64,000 bases of DNA from Heteronotia binoei (taxonomy: Eukaryota): NCBI RefSeq assembly GCF_032191835.1, contig NC_083237.1:23312001-23376000 (forward strand). The letters are read 5' to 3'. How positions within the stretch are numbered: position 1 is the first letter of the stretch; every line of letters begins with the position of its first letter. Below are positions 12,163-24,929 of the stretch, piece by piece. The translations under genes were made by a program, and so were the position numbers. The notes under the pieces are model-generated. The model saw only the letters and a program-made list of their open reading frames with translations. It did no database searches and was not told the DNA's origin.

Positions 12163-13583
12163 GTGAGCAGACTCTGGGGAGGGACAGTGAGGTGGGGGGA
12201 ACCTGGCGGGGAGATGGCATGAGTGTGTATGTGAATGCTAGAAGTACAAATGTCTTCCTTCCTGGGTGTGTCTGTGGTCTAGTTGTTGACCTTTTCCTTA
12301 AGCAGAAGACTTAAAGAACAGAAACGAGGACTCCCCTTAGGCCATTAGTCTCCTGCCTAATCTCATCAGCTCTCAAAAGCTAAGCAGCATCAGCTCCAGT
12401 TACAATTTGGATGGGAAACCACCAAGGAAGCCCAGAGTTGTTATGAAGAGGCAGGCAACAGCAAACCACCTCTGAATGTCTCTTGCCTTGAAGACTCTAT
12501 TGGGTTATCTTAAGTTGGTTGCCATTTGACAGCACTTTCCATCACCACCAAGCTGCCTATCTATCTTTAAATCTGGGAAACTTAGGCTTGAGTATCCCCT
12601 TAGTTCCTCTTCTGCAAAACAGGTATAGGAATGACCTTCACAGTGCTGCTGGGAAGATGCATTCATCCAGTGTCAGAAAATAGTTTAGAGTCCAGTAGAA
12701 CCTTTAAGACTAACACATTTTATTGTAGCATCAGCTTTCAAGAAACACAGCCCTCTTCGTCAGAGAGCTGTGTTCTTCGAAAGCTTATGCTACAATAAAA
12801 TGTGTTGTCTTAAAGGTGCTACTGGACTCTTTACTATTTTGCAGCAACAGACTAACATGGCTTCCTCCTCCACAAAATAGTTTGCAAATGAAAAGTGTGG
12901 TAGCATTGATTAGGAGTAGTAGTTTGGATGGATGAGTGAACGAATAGACCTTCTTTGCTTTCTGCAGTTCCACAACATTTCTTCCACAGGGTGGCCTCTG
13001 CAATTCTGTCGACCAGCTGATGATGCCCACCGTACTTCCAATGAAGCAGATTCTGATCCATAAAAGTTTATATCCCAACAAACCTATTTGTCTTTCAGGT
13101 GACAAAAAGATTCCTTGATGGTCTCATGCAGATTTTGAAATCCTTTCGTCCTTTTAAAACAAATTGTTACTCTTCAGATGCATGAAAAAACATGCAATAG
13201 CCACAAAAGGTTGCAGTATACAGAAAGCTCCTACACCCTGTGGGAGGTACCTGTCCTCTCTTTCCTAGTTTCCAGTCAGGCAGTCTCCTCACCAGCACAT
13301 TTCTTTCCTGCCTGGACATTTTTAAGTAAGAGCAAGATAATCCCCTTCCTTCTCTCTTCCTACAAAGTCAGAGGATCACCATACAGTGTGCAAAACTGAG
13401 CATATTCATGCATGCACAATAAATCTCCATGTATTGCCTGCCTTTGAACAATTTGGCTTTCCCTCATTTAAAAACTGTGTTTATCTTTCTACCCTGTTCA
13501 TTTTGTGAGGAGGTCTGAAAGAAATGGCCATTCTGACCCCGCCCCCCTCCTTCTAAACGCCACCCTTTTGCTCCCCCTTCCAG

Positions 13584-13697
13584 GGCTGAAGGTGCCTCCC
13601 AGTTGTGAGCTGGTAGTGGGTGGTGAGCCCCAGTGCTGGTCTGAAGGCTACTGCCTCCTCGTAGATGACTCCTTCTTGCACACAACGGCACACAATG
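13584..13697 (+). CDS. ASPHD1: ASPHD1 coding exon 2
   Basis: Acceptor cttccag|; (G)[37 protein letters not shown]; donor |gtaaga; 114 nt. Confidence 0.95.
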
Positions 13698-15699
13698 GTA
13701 AGACACAGCAGGCAACAGGCTTTGAAAGCCCCAACTGCATTGTTAAGAAACCTGGAGGGGAAGCGGTGTCACCCAACAGGGGCCTAGGAGGGCCTTCTAC
13801 TGGCTGCCACCACTCTGGTAAGGGTCTACATGGGAGGGCCCAGAGCACCCAACCACGCGTTTTCCTTATTAGTAAATACCTCTTAACTGTGACCAAGGAG
13901 ACGTGAGGACCAAAGCAGTATAACAAGTTTATTTGCAGTGCTGAAATAAGTGGGTAAAAACAGTAAAATATATATTCAGTAAAGGTGGATGCAAATAAAC
14001 AGAAGCCCTGACACATTTAGCTAGACATTCCCTTCCTCTAATACCAAACTCACCACTTTGGGTAAGGGATCTCTCCTGCTTCCTCCTCTCCTTCAGCCTT
14101 TTCCAAAGAAAACACACTCTCTTGCCCTTTCCTAGGTCCTACCCCGCTTTGGGCCAGTTTCCCTTCAAAACCTTGCCACCCAATCAAAGGGACAGAGGGG
14201 ATCCTGGGAGATGTAGGCTTTCTGTAGTAACTCCTAGGCAGGCTTCTCTGGAGCCTGTAGGCCTCACTAGGCCCAGGATCATGACAGGAGGGTTCAAGTT
14301 TCATTTGCAGGGGTAACAAGTTGTCCTTTGGCAGCCTCAGTTCCCCAGTTTGTAATATAGGGAAAACATATGACCACCTCAATCATGACAGTCATCAGGA
14401 TCCAACTCCCTTGTTGGGAGTCCAGAACTGCTGCATCCTTTCAAGGTGGGCCTTTGGTAATCCCTCAATGGATGGAAAGAAGGGGGGGCATGTTCAGCCT
14501 CACCGATATCCTCTTTCCTGCCAAGCTTCGTCCATCTGACCTAGGGTTGCTAGGTCCCCCCCAGTCACTAGCAGGGGATCACACTTGGGAAGCTCCTGGA
14601 GATTTGGGAGCCTGGGGAGGACAGGAATTTCAATGGGGCACAATGTCGTAGAGGCCACCCTCCAAAGCGTTTTCTCCTGGAGAACAGAGCTCTGCAGTCT
14701 AGAGATGAACTGTAAATCTGGGGGGAATCTGCAGGCCCCACCTAGAGGCTGGCATCCCTACTCCTGACCACATGGGAGAGGCCTAGCCTGCACAGCCAGA
14801 TTAACAATTAGGCCAAGAAGGCACTGGCCTATGGATCCCGCCTTTAGGAGCCCTGGGCCAGCTCCCCCCCCCCCCCCGTTTCTCCCCTGCTTGCAGCCAG
14901 CAACTGAGCTGCACTTTGCTCAACTTGCCTTGTGAGGCTGCTGCTGGTGTCGTTGCCAAGTTCCTCTGCCTCTCCCTTGCAGCTTAGTAAAAGCGACTTT
15001 TAAAAATGTGCCTGCAGGCTGCAGCAGGGGACATGGGTGGTGGGGTGGGTGCTCAGACTCAAGATAATTTGTGAGGGGGGCCTCCACAGGGATTAATCTG
15101 GCACTGCTAGTCTGCCTTTGAAAGGAGCACCCAGGGGACAGGCAGGACTCGGCTTCTGGACTACAGCAAAAAAAACCCAAGAGAAATTTGTGCACTGGGA
15201 GGGTTAATTTTAATTTGCTCTGAAAGCCCCTAGGTGCTCTGAATCAGGGGGACCTGTAAAATGTAGTGTGACCACTCCCCACAGCAACCCTGTTTGATAT
15301 TTTACAAATCCCTCTGATGACATGCATACAAAATGCAGTGAGGTTCTCAACTGCACCAATTGCTTTTTTTTTTTTGCTCTGTGCTTGGCCTCCTGACTAT
15401 TGGACAGCAAGGGTTTAGTCAGTAATGGAGATGAGGGATAATCATCCCTTGCTCTGCTTCACCTATGGGGTTTTCCTTTAATCTTCCAAGGCTAGAACGG
15501 ACCACAGGCGTAGCTGTTTATCACAGGTGCACGGTTGCTCGATCAACTGGCATTCATCGCAGGTGACCAGGCAAGCATTGTTGCAAGAATGGACATAACC
15601 CTACCTAGATTTTGTAAGGCTACCTCAAGATGAAGATTATGAAGTATGCCACACAAGTTGTGCTGCGTATACATGATAATTCTAGCAATGCTCATGAGA

Positions 15700-15948
15700 G
15701 CCAGTGTGTTGCAGTGGTTGAGTGGGGCTCCAGTCTGGGAGAACTGGGTTTGATTCCCCACTCTTCACATGTAGCTGCTGGGTGACCTTGGGTCAGTCAC
15801 AGCTTCTCAAGAGCAATTCTCTCAGAGCACTCTCGGCCTAATCTACCTCATAGGGTGTCTGTTGTGGGGAGGGGAAGGGACGGAGATTGTAAATTGCTCT
15901 GAGACCCCAAGTGAAGGGTGGGGTTATAAATCCACTCTGTTCTTCTTG
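15700..15948 (+). mobile_element. tRNA-derived SINE (Squam3-like) abutting the ASPHD1 last-exon acceptor
   Basis: GCCAGTGTGTTGCAGTGGTT... head, body shared with other copies, tail GGGGTTATAAATCCACTCTGTTCTTCTT running into the acceptor GCAG. Confidence 0.7.
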
Positions 15949-15951
15949 CAG

Positions 15952-16061
15952 GCTCCCCCTCCGATGGGCCACGGGTGGTTTTTATCGTCGACCTCTGGCA
16001 TCCCAATGTGGCAGGCCCTGAGCGGCAGGCTCTAGACTATATCTTTGCTCCTGGCCGATAG
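15952..16061 (+). CDS. ASPHD1: ASPHD1 coding exon 3 (last)
   Basis: (G)[35 protein letters not shown]; spliced CDS 981 nt = 326 aa. Confidence 0.95.
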
Positions 16062-16680
16062 GCGCCAAGAAAATGCCCTCAACGCTGCCCTTATCTACTG
16101 GTGTTTGCTGCTCCTCACACTCATCAAACCCTCTGCTGTTACTGTCTTGGTATGAATATTTTCACCATTGTGCATACTGAGCTAGGGAGGGAGGAACCTT
16201 AGTGCGTCTCTAAGACCAGCACAGGGAAGTATTGTGAAATGAGCCATTGATGTGTGTGTTCCTATCTCAAGATGATGCTATGACTTGTCCTGCAGCTCTT
16301 TTGGATCTGGTGTCTCCGGGTTGCTTTCCACTTTTGGTGCACCAACCTGGGATGGGTCCGTTATGCCCAGTTCTCTTCTCCTCTAGGTCTAATCTAATCT
16401 GAGACTGCTTTGGCAGGGAGGGCGGGACATAAATTGAATAAATACATAACCTTTCAGATGTGGACGCTGCCAAAGTCCATCAAAGCCCCATAAGCCTATG
16501 GTTTCAGTGTCGTGGACTTCTCTGTGTTGGGGCGGGGGGAATGGTGAGGGAGAAGCAAAACCAGTTCAACAGTTTCAACCTGTCTGTGATCCTTCATTAA
16601 TCTCCTATCCTGTGTCTGTGTTGCAAAGTTTGTGTGGTGGGACTTAGTCCCCCAGATTCCTGCTAATTAACCTATACTCC

Positions 16681-16686
16681 AATAAA
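16681..16686 (+). terminator. Candidate ASPHD1 poly(A) signal
   Basis: AATAAA ~620 nt downstream of the stop; another at 16437-16442. Confidence 0.35.
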
Positions 16687-17569
16687 AATCATTAGATTCC
16701 CTCCCCCCAACCTCTCTGTCCCACTTTTGTTTTGTTGCAAGCGTTCAGACTCCTTTGGATCATCATCATGAACCTGATGTGTTTTATTAGAGCAGAACCA
16801 TGGCCCCTGAAACAAAACAAATAACTGTTTGTCCAACAAACCTCAATATGGCCAAAATTTTATCATCCAAACCACCAGAAGATCCAAGATATCTCATCTC
16901 TAGGAGGTTAATACAAGCTGAAAAAATCCTGCCTCAGGATAGGCTTCCGAAGAGAATGAAGAGGTCAGTAGCATCAAGGAAAGACACACCCACAGAGGTG
17001 TATGGAGTGTCATGAACAAGATGGCTTTGTGTAGGGGGAAAGAGGAGGCATCAAGAGACTGTGTCGCCCCTCCCCAGTGCTGCTGTACAAAGGGGGACAA
17101 GTCTTTCTGCCTACCTTTTGCACCTATTAGGTTGCCCTGACACCCTTTTTGCTGCTGGTGACATTAACAAAACTGAGCACCTTATGATTTACACAGTCTC
17201 CCAAGTCGTTTCTATGCCTTTTGCCAATTCCTGCTACAATTTAGGGCCATAAGAAATGCATCTTGTTAAAAATTTCTCAGCTTCCTGAATTCAAGTGTCA
17301 GCGCTTGATGTACCCAGCTTCCTTCCTGCTCTTCCCAGCCCTGGGTCTTCCAAGCACTCTTTCTGTGCCAACTGAAAGAGAGGTTTTCTGGCATCTGCTG
17401 TTCCCACCGACATGAGATAAATTTGACAGTCCCTCCTTTTCAACCTGGGATGGCCAGGAGAGGGAGAAAGGCAGGAAAATTAGCCCACCGATTTATTGGG
17501 GGGGGGGGGGCGGGGAACAACCAACCCAAAATCTAGACATTAGTAAGTCAATAAACAAACTCATGGAGT

Positions 17570-17575
17570 TTTATT
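17570..17575 (-). terminator. Candidate PAGR1 poly(A) signal
   Basis: TTTATT on + (AATAAA on -) ~170 nt downstream of the PAGR1 stop. Confidence 0.45.
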
Positions 17576-17744
17576 ATTCCTGAATAACTCCAAGTAAATA
17601 CCTCCTGCAGCAGGTGCAGGATCTGTGCCGAAGTCCAAGACGCTGCCTGACTTAAGATGGCAGAGAATTCATCTGCTTTTAACCCAAAAGCCCTTTCTTC
17701 AACCCACTTCCCAAAGGTCAAAAAGCCCATCTTCATCACTGCTG

Positions 17745-17929
17745 TCAGTATTTGCGCTGGCGCAAGAAAAGGCCGGGGGGCCGTTTTGGAGTGGGCACGT
17801 CATCAGAGTCCAGGTCAAAGAGGTCCCTGCCGGTCTTCAAAATCTGCTCCTCTAAGACTTTGTGGCGCTTCATGTCCGACAGCACCTTATCCAGGCGCGC
17901 TTCCCGCTTCTGGCTCTTAGCAGAAGACC
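17745..17929 (-). CDS. PAGR1: PAGR1 coding exon 3 (last)
   Basis: (G)[43 protein letters not shown]...RQRKY*, matching the human PAGR1 C-terminus; acceptor ttttcag|. Confidence 0.95.
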
Positions 17930-18204
17930 CTGAAAAATTGAATTTTTTAAAATTAGAATTTGAGAACTTCAGGTGATGGGAGCAAGCAGAGGACCAAAGT
18001 TTCCAAAACTGAGAGGTGGACCCTCATCCCAAAGGACTGCTAGGAAACCACCCCACTCAGGCCATGCCTTCCATCCCGGTCTATATGATGGTGGTATAGG
18101 AGCATCTCCCCGCGCAGTCCAGTTGACCAGATTAGGGCCAGTGGGACATATTCTTACAGTCTTCTGCATAAGCCTGGCAAATTTCCCTTTTGGTGACCTG
18201 AAAG

Positions 18205-18654
18205 CAGGGTCATTTTGTAGAAAGAGAGGTGCCGGAGCTCATTAGCACAACTCATTTGCATATGCCACACGCAGCCCGACATCACCAGAAGGTGTACTAC
18301 ATTATATCAGTTCAGCATCTACCTTCAAATGCTTCTGGAATTATAATTGCCATAAGAAAACCTTACTCCCACCATACTTTTAAAATTGCTTTCTCTTATG
18401 TGGCCCCAGCAGCATGATGAAAATTTCCATCTGCTTTATATGTTTGGGTTATTTTGCCCTTTTTTCATGGGGAAAAAATATTAGAAAGTATGTCAAATCT
18501 TAAGAGTTCAGCAAAATTCTCACAGGGGGTTTGAACAATGGAGCCCAGAAGCAAGTATTTGCGGGGGGGGGGGGGGGGGGGGGCGGGGGAGCACAATAAA
18601 ATTTAGAGGTTCTGGGGCTCCACTCCTGTGAGCTCCTGCCCAAAATGAGGCCTG
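18205..18654. mobile_element. hAT-like MITE in a PAGR1 intron
   Basis: TIRs CAGGGTCATTTTG / CAAAATGAGGCCTG; 8-bp TSD CCTGAAAG / CCTAAAAG (7/8). Confidence 0.8.
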
Positions 18655-19030
18655 CCTAAAAGTATGCCACACAGACCCAGGTACTCCTGCCTTCCTCCCT
18701 TTTCTACTCTATGACATCTAAAAGCAGCAAACTCTTGCCATCCAAGCTTTCCTCTGGGTAACTTGAGCAGCCAACTCCAGTGTGGAGAAGCAAGGCTTCA
18801 CCTAGGATTTCAGGGATATCGACGGGTGAAGGGATGGCGAAGGGCAGGACCTATGAACAGGACCATGGAACAGAAACAAGGACAAGGAGATTAGCACAGG
18901 ATGAATCAGGGTGAGGATGGAAGGGGGGGGCCCTGGGATACTGCAAAGAGAGGCAAAGACCAAGTTTTATGGAAAGAGTAGGAGTATGGGGGGTTAGTAC
19001 AGGGAAGCACGGCTTTCCTCGGTCACATAC

Positions 19031-19113
19031 CAGGGGTTCTCCGGCGATCGATCAAGGAGCTTTTGGGTGAGATAGGCTCATCATCAAAGTCAAACTCTGT
19101 TGGCACATGAGGC
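19031..19113 (-). CDS. PAGR1: PAGR1 coding exon 2
   Basis: [27 protein letters not shown]; AG/GT boundaries, 83 nt, phases 2 and 1 consistent. Confidence 0.95.
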
Positions 19114-19240
19114 CTGGAAACAAACAGAGAAAATTAGAATTGACACAGCCCAGCCTGACAATGGCTCCTTACCCCCTTCCCTCCCACACACAGATCCTTC
19201 CTCCTGTCCCCTAATTCCAATGTCAGGCCCCTGCTCTCAC

Positions 19241-19635
19241 TTTTCTTCCTCCTCTTCTTCCTGATTGTCAGGCTGTCCCTCAGATTTATCCTCATCTTCA
19301 CTGCCGACCTCTGGGGTAGGGTTGCGTCGGGGCAAAATTTCTGCCTGGATCTCCAGAGTCCCCTGCGCAGCGATGAGTTCATAGAGACGTCGGATCTCCT
19401 TGGGGGGAGGCATCCAGGTGTCTGGGGAGTCCAGCTCCTCATCACTGCAGGGCACATCCCAGTCCTCCTCAGCAGACTCGCCTCCCTCTCCTGCCTGCTC
19501 CCCCTCTGCTTCTCCCGGCACCTCCTCTTGCTCCTCCATGGGGGTGGCTCGCTCTGAGGCCGGCCCGTCTTCCACCGCCAAGGACTGCATCCCCGAGGTC
19601 ACTTCCCCTTCCTCCACAGTGCTGGCCTCCTCCAT
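19241..19635 (-). CDS. PAGR1: PAGR1 coding exon 1 (PAXIP1-associated glutamate-rich protein 1)
   Basis: MEEASTVEEGEVTSGMQSLAVED...DWDVPCSDEE...WMPPPKEIRRLYELIAAQGTLEIQAEILPRR. Acceptor ttgcag| lies 2 nt before the ATG, implying an upstream non-coding exon. Spliced CDS 663 nt = 220 aa. Confidence 0.93.
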
Positions 19636-19974
19636 TGCTGCAACAGATGGAGACCACAAAAGTGAAAGTGAGGCTTTTAAGTCCCAAATGCAGCCAGGCT
19701 GAGGCTGGCCTGGAGCCACACAGCAGCTGTTCTGAAGTAGGCCCATGGCAAAACAGCAGTAGGCATGGGAGAGTGGGGGAAAGGGTGGGATCAGAACTGG
19801 TGAGGTCTCAAATCTCCTTGGAACTGCAGAACAGCCACACTCCAGTCCAGCAGTACCTTAGAAACGAACAAGATTTTTAGCGGTATAAGCTTTTGAGCAC
19901 CAAAGCTCAGGGAAGATGAGGTCAGGTAGTTGATACGGGATTGGATAAGGTAGGGGATTGGAGGCCAGGTAGGA

Positions 19975-20275
19975 GATTGGATAAACATATGGAGCAGAGG
20001 TCCATCAGTGGCTATTAGCAGCAGTGTATTGTTGGAACTGTCTGAGGCAGTGATGCTCTGTATTCTGGGTACTTGGGGGGGGCACAGTGTGAGGACATAG
20101 CCAGCTTCAAGAGGGGGTTAGATAAAAATATGGAGCAGAGGTCCATCAGTGGCTATTAGCCAGTGTATATATATGTGTGTGTATATATATTTTGGCCACT
20201 GTGTGACACAGTGTTGGACTGGATGGGCCAGTGACCTGATCCAACATGGCTTCTCTTATGTTCTTATGTTCTCTT
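19975..20275 (+). mobile_element. Two tandem CR1 3' fragments
   Basis: 33-nt segment ATATGGAGCAGAGGTCCATCAGTGGCTATTAGC at 19987-20019 and 20128-20160; ends with the (CTTATGTT)n CR1 tail. Confidence 0.65.
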
Positions 20276-21651
20276 ATGATAGGATTCAGTCCAGGTGGGC
20301 CAGGTTAGTTCTGGGGTGAAGCAGCCTGTCTTTGGAAGCCTGCTTTTGTCCACTTCTGCACACCTTAGGCTGGGAAAGGCTCAGCCCCCTTGACATTACA
20401 CCTTCTGGAATCTGTGCCGGGACATGTCTGTGAGGCCTGATATCCGTCCTGTGTACTTTCTGATCAGATTGGCTGTGTGCTATGGATGACTCCGGGTGCT
20501 GTTAAAAGAAGGGCTCTTGCATGCAGACTACCTCTCATTAAGAGGAGAGGGTCTGTCTGCTTACAGTTGGTGGGATTTGAACTGGTGAGATCTGTCTCCT
20601 CTGACCTAGAAAACTGCTAGATTCAAGTCCAGGAGCATCTTAGAGACCAACTAGAACTTTGGGGGTATCAGCTTTTCAATGCCAAAACAGCCTTCCTTCG
20701 ATACTGAAACCAAATTTAGTTTTTCTACTGCAGACCAACATGGCTGCTCTCTGAACCTCCTCTCTTAGCTATGAAGCTCCTTGGGTGACATTGTGACAGT
20801 CACTGTCTCTCAGCCCAACCTGCCCTAGAGGATTACCGAGGGAGGGAGGGAGGGGTCAGAATCTACACACTCTACCCTCAATTTCTTAGAGAAAGGAGGG
20901 AGAATGCAGAGGAAGCAGAGATAATGTAACCTATTTGTTATGCTAATACAGTGCATTTTGGCAGGCTTACATCACCTCTACTGCCACTGTGAGTTTCACC
21001 TTCACTCTTGCATTGTCCCTCCAACAGCCAAATGAGAGCCATGTTGACATCCTCAGAGGAAAGCTTCAAAATCAAGTAAGTCAAACTAAGAGTAGGGAGA
21101 CAGAGCAGCTTTTATAATGATAAAAGGAATGGAGCTGCTCATCAGGGATGGTCTCCACTTGGTATTTGTTTTAGGTCTCCTGCCTTCAAAGGCTGAGTCA
21201 AAACAAGGCTGCTGTTGTTCAGTCGCACAGTCGAGTCCAACTTTTTGTGACCCCCATGGACAAAGTCATGCCAGGCCCACCATCCTCTGAAGTCTGCTCA
21301 AAAATAAGACTAGAATTGATATAAAACCCACCCCACACTATTCACAGCAGCTTTAATAGTCTCATCTTGAATCTCATATTCTGGGCTGCAGTAGCAATAG
21401 CACCACCCATTCTACAGCCTGATCCATTGGTCATTTTTAAGCCACACCACTGCTGGGCAAGCCATGAATTGTTCTGGCACACACCCACCCACCTCATCAA
21501 CACAGGACTAAGAGGGGAATACTCTGTCTCTTTCACCCTTGCTCCATATTCCACCTACAGTGCAATCCTGTGTATTGTTGTCCCACTTTAAATCCATTTA
21601 AATCAATGGGTTTAGATTAGAGTAACTCAGCAGAGAATCACACAGTTAATA

Positions 21652-21917
21652 CATTGGATTTCAATTTATATCCCACCCTTCACTCTGAATCTCAGAGCAG
21701 TCACAATAACCTTTCCTTACCTCCCCCCTACAACAGACACCCTGTGAGGTAGGTGGGGCTGAGAGAGCTCTTACAGCAGCTGCCCTTTCAAGGACAATTC
21801 CTACAAGAGCTATGGCTGACCCAAGGCCATTCCAGCAGCTGCAAGTGGAGGAGTGGGGAATCAAACCCATTTCTCCCAGATAAGAGTTCTCGCACTTAAC
21901 CACTACACCAAATTGGC
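21652..21917 (-). mobile_element. tRNA-derived SINE (Squam3-like)
   Basis: Homologous to 7136-7415. Confidence 0.75.
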
Positions 21918-22304
21918 TCTCAGGGAGAAATTTTTCTCTCTGTCCCAAACAGTTAAGAGTATCAAATCCTCCTATCCATGCTACCCTGTTCTACAGCACA
22001 TCAAGCCAGGGGGGCTATATCTTGCCTTCAGAGCAAGTCTTGGCAGGCATTGCACAACAGCTGCAAGACTGAGCTGCCAGTCAGGAAAGGCTCGGCCATG
22101 GTTTGAGTTTGGAGGTGGCTCTTAAGAAAGCCACAGCCTGCAGTATGGGGATAATATTCCCTCTGCATTATGAAGCTGCAAGGATTATAACCACTCCAAA
22201 GACACAACACAAATGGTACATATTATTGTTTTAAAAGGCTGCTTTGTGGCTCAATGAAAGAAGGGGGGTGGTGCCAGCTCTTGTCCATGTTGTCAAGAAA
22301 CAGT

Positions 22305-22883
22305 CATCTTGCTAGGAAAGTTGGAGCACCTTTCCAATGAGGGAAGGCTGAAGAGCCTGGGACTTTCCAGTTTAGAAAAGACAACTAAGGGAGGACATGA
22401 CCAGGTTTACAAAATTATGTATTGGGGAGGGGAGAGAGAGTTGACAAAGAGAAATTTTTCTCCCTGTCCCAAAATACTGGAACTCAAGTGCATCCAATGA
22501 AGTTGATGGGCAGTAGATTCAGGACGGACAAAAGGAAATACTTTTCTACGCACAATTTTCACCGTTACGTCCCATTAAAATGTGGAATTCACTGCCAGAG
22601 GATGTAACAACAGCCATAGGAATGAACAGCTTTAAAAGGGGATCAAATTCATGGAGGGTAAGTCTATCAATGGCTACTAGCCATGGCGACTGAGGGGAAC
22701 TTCAATGACATTCAGAGACACTAAACCTCTGAATCCTAGTGCCAGAAGGCAACACCAGGAAGGCCTTGGCCATCCATTTCCTCTGTTGGCCCTCCAGAGG
22801 AAATGGATGGCCACTGTGTGAGACAGGATGCTGGACTAGATGGACCACTGGTCTGATCCAGCAGGGCTCTCTTATGTTCTTAA
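22305..22883 (+). mobile_element. CR1 LINE 3' fragment (decayed ORF2 C-terminus and 3' UTR)
   Basis: LEHLSNEGRLKSLGLSSLEK-type CR1 ORF2 remnant; ends CTCTTATGTTCTTAA. Confidence 0.75.
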
Positions 22884-24929
22884 AGTTGACTTTCCCTCTG
22901 GTCCTTGACGCTTGATAAGTACTTACCCAAGGAGTTTTTCTCAACTTAAAATTATCCAGCAAGGGATATAATCAGCCCTTATTCTCTCAAAGTTTAGAAT
23001 CTAAACTTGGCTTTTTAAACTTCCCCAAGGTCTGATGGATGAGAATAACAGAGATCCTTCTACATGGCCACTTACATACAACCAACTTGCCCACATCTGA
23101 GGCCTACTTTATTTATTTAGCTTATTTATATAGCCTGCCTTCCTCATAGAGATTGAAGATGGATTAGAAAAGAAAAATGCACTCATAATACATAAGACAT
23201 CCAATGAGCAAGGCAAAGACAATGGAAGCAATAAGAAGAGCATCCTGCCTAAGGTAAAGGTATTGTGTGAGTTTAATGCACTCATAGCTTATTGTGGCCC
23301 AGCAGACCAAAAAATGATGCCAGCAGGAAAATACCTTTTATTAGGAGGCCTCAAAATTACAGAGAGATGAAATCTGTACACATAGAAGCAGACTTTATGG
23401 ATTTGGCTTCCTAGAGGGTGATCTCAGCCCAAGCCTAGAATTATTGAGAATACAAAGTCATTACTTTTCAAGAAACATCTGAAAGATGACACATAGTGGC
23501 AAATCCATGGTCTAATGACCGGAGTGGATGTGATGCTGGGAGCAGTGTGAAAGAGTGGCTAAGACTTTTTTTTTTAATTTTAAAAAGCATATGCACCTTA
23601 TTTTTAAAAACACACAGAGAAAAACTTAGGAATTTATTCACAGTTGTCAGCATCACATCTCATTTGGCCGTTATTGTTATTTCTACTCACTAAATGAAGT
23701 CTAATTCTATTACTTGGCTGAGTTTTATCAATGTAAAGTTTGAACATACAGGAGTCCAGGGGCATGTTAAAGACTAACCAAATTTATTCCAAGGCAAGCT
23801 TTTGTAAGTCAGCTAATTTCTTCAAATGTCAATTTACTTTTATTTCCTATTGTCCCTCTTGAACCTATTTCCCAATGACTTTGCTGGATGCTCCCAAGTC
23901 CTAGTATTATAGGAGAGGGAGAAAAAGCTCTCCACTCACTTTCTCCAGCCCATGCACCATTTCATAAATCTCTATCATATGTCTTCACTTAGCTGCCTTT
24001 CTTCTTGACTGATATATCCTGGAGTCTCCAGCTCATTTTTCAGAAACATAAGAGGAAAGGCAAGGGAAACCACCAGAGTTATATTTAAGTACCTAATGGG
24101 TGCACACTTCATTCATCTGAAAAATGAGCTCTGACTCACAAAAGCTTATACTATTATAAAATTGCATTAGTTTTTAAGGACTCCTGTGTACTTTTGCTGT
24201 TACAGACCAACCTGACTACTCGTCTGGAATTTTAATGTACACAAGCCACGTTTCAGCTATACCACAACAGAAATATGAACTGCATTATTAATAAAAATGC
24301 ATAGTAACTTATTGTTTCAAATGGCACAAGCAGATTTTCAAATTATACACAAGTCTCCCTTTAAACTGCACAATTTTTTCTCATACTAATAGAAAAAACC
24401 TGCACTCAAGTGTAAACAGGGGCAGTTAACATCCCAAACTAAAATTTTAGTTTTTCATTTAAAACATAAAAAAACAAAAAAAACACCAGCCTTAAGAATT
24501 GCACAACTATCTGAAAAATCAGCCACAGCACCACAGCTCTGTACAGCCAATCCAGCCACCATTAAGCACATCTCAGACCTTAAGGGAAAGATCCAGATGG
24601 GCAGCCGTGTTGGTCTGAAGCAGTAGAACAAAGCAGGACTCAAGCATCACTTTTAAGACCAAATAAAACTTTGTTGGTCTTAAAGGTGCTACTGGACTCC
24701 TGCTTTATCCTAAGGGGAAAAGTTAATGCGGGAGCTTCACGGCTGTCCTCTTAGGCACCCTTACTTAAAAACAAGCTCCACTGAACTAGGGATTTACTCT
24801 TGAGTAGGAAAAGGAGGCTTTTTTAAGGAAAATCTTTTTATTGATTAAAAAAAGCTCTTACTACAAAGTCTTACCTCGAACAAATACATACACAATACTT
24901 TGAACACTATTAATGATGGTTAAACATAC

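Noticed and set aside
18563-18590. Long poly-G tract (and many other G/C homopolymers) as functional G-quadruplexes
   Set aside because: It lies within a MITE whose sister copy has a shorter tract; such runs occur throughout the window and homopolymer lengths are error-prone.
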